Positions 63,531 through 64,000 of a DNA stretch of 64,000 nucleotides are shown here, piece by piece. Both the position numbers and the translations under genes were made by a program. This stretch comes from Armatimonadota bacterium (GTDB taxonomy: Bacteria; Cloacimonadota; Cloacimonadia; Cloacimonadales; TCS61), in contig JABMPU010000035.1 of NCBI GenBank assembly GCA_013203665.1, positions 113 through 64,112 of the forward strand, given 5' to 3'. The notes under the pieces are model-generated. The model ran no database searches. It was not told the DNA's origin and saw only the letters and a list, made by a program, of their open reading frames with translations. The number at the start of each line of letters is the position of its first letter. Positions within the stretch are counted from its first letter, which is position 1.

Positions 63531-64000
63531 TTAGCGAGAGAATTCCTTCAGAGAATTAATTAATTCATCCAAATCCCATTTCCTTTTCTTCTCTGTTACT
63601 GCAATCAGCAGCATATTATCATATCCGAATTGTTTCAGATCGATTCCCGGGAAAATATTTTTCTCTTTTAGTCTGGAAATTATCTCTTCTACCGGAACAG
63701 GAGTTTTCACTGCAAATTCTTTGAAGAAAGCAGCATCAAAAGCCAGAGAAAAATCATCGAGTTTGCATATTTCATCAGCCAGATAATGAGCTTTGGTTGT
63801 GCTTTGTACAGCAACTTCTTTCAATCCTTCTTTTCCCATTAAAGTCATATAAACTGTTGCTGCCAGGTTGCATAAAGCTTCGTTCGAACAAATATTAGAA
63901 GTTGCTTTGGCACGGCGGATGTGTTGCTCTCGAGCCTGCAGAGTCAGGCAATATGCTCTTTTCCCATCAGCATCCAGAGTTGCTCCTACGATTCTTCCGG
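63531..64000 (-). CDS. gcvPA: Glycine dehydrogenase (decarboxylating) subunit 1, 3' part (5' end beyond the window)
   Basis: The minus-strand frame is open to base 64000. It reads [59 protein letters not shown], which matches the GcvPA signature. Confidence 0.9.
   Translation of the reverse strand, partial: GRIVGATLDADGKRAYCLTLQAREQHIRRAKATSNICSNEALCNLAATVYMTLMGKEGLKEVAVQSTTKAHYLADEICKLDDFSLAFDAAFFKEFAVKTPVPVEEIISRLKEKNIFPGIDLKQFGYDNMLLIAVTEKKRKWDLDELINSLKEFSR

Noticed and set aside
1-64000. Search for tRNA, rRNA, tmRNA, RNase P or known riboswitch signatures
   Set aside because: By eye I found no T-loop (GGTTCGAATCC-like) plus acceptor-stem contexts and no rRNA-like conserved blocks. Absence cannot be proven without tRNAscan-SE or Infernal.

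Overview
AT-rich bacterial chromosomal segment. T9SS-type C-terminal sorting domains, lipoproteins, a TonB-receptor/DUF4249 pair and many short 'word-like' intergenic repeats suggest an FCB-group or Cloacimonadota-like anaerobe (inference only). Most of the window is core metabolism and housekeeping. This includes a gltA-acn-(porin)-icd-TPR cluster, a methylmalonyl-CoA:pyruvate transcarboxylase operon (12S, then 5S fused to a biotin carrier) next to a LarA-like racemase, prolyl oligopeptidase, tag, rsmE, obg, dprA, rph, lepB, hemW, a PiT/DUF47 pair, rpsA, and a gcvPA/gcvPB pair split by another gene. Accessory content falls in two patches. (1) 12.98-17.7 kb is a decaying restriction/defence islet. 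It holds a 1038-aa nuclease-methylase-TRD fusion, a MazG-like NTP pyrophosphohydrolase, a RAYT/IS200-like Y1 transposase, a 63-aa hsdR 5' stub and a dinD-like remnant. (2) 41.4-46.2 kb, between dprA and rph, is a tightly overlapping three-gene operon. It encodes a 1166-aa nuclease/N6-methylase fusion with an unusual NFPY motif, a Panacea(DUF4065)-like protein, and an enlarged, very divergent MazF/PemK-like protein. This operon is my best candidate for an undescribed RM-plus-toxin/antitoxin defence module. Other notable items: a Cys4 zinc-ribbon insertion at the regulatory loop of isocitrate dehydrogenase; an A12 tract that frameshifts the start of a 970-aa GlmL/MutL-like ATPase fusion; an unannotated 57-aa protein with five Cys-Cys pairs behind an ArsR regulator; a (GGGNGGGC)x3 24-bp tandem repeat; three small gene cassettes each bracketed by direct repeats; and a 250-nt nested inverted-repeat element between gltA and acn. 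No rRNA, tRNA or CRISPR array was recognised. All calls rest on reading the translations and hand alignment; no database search was possible.
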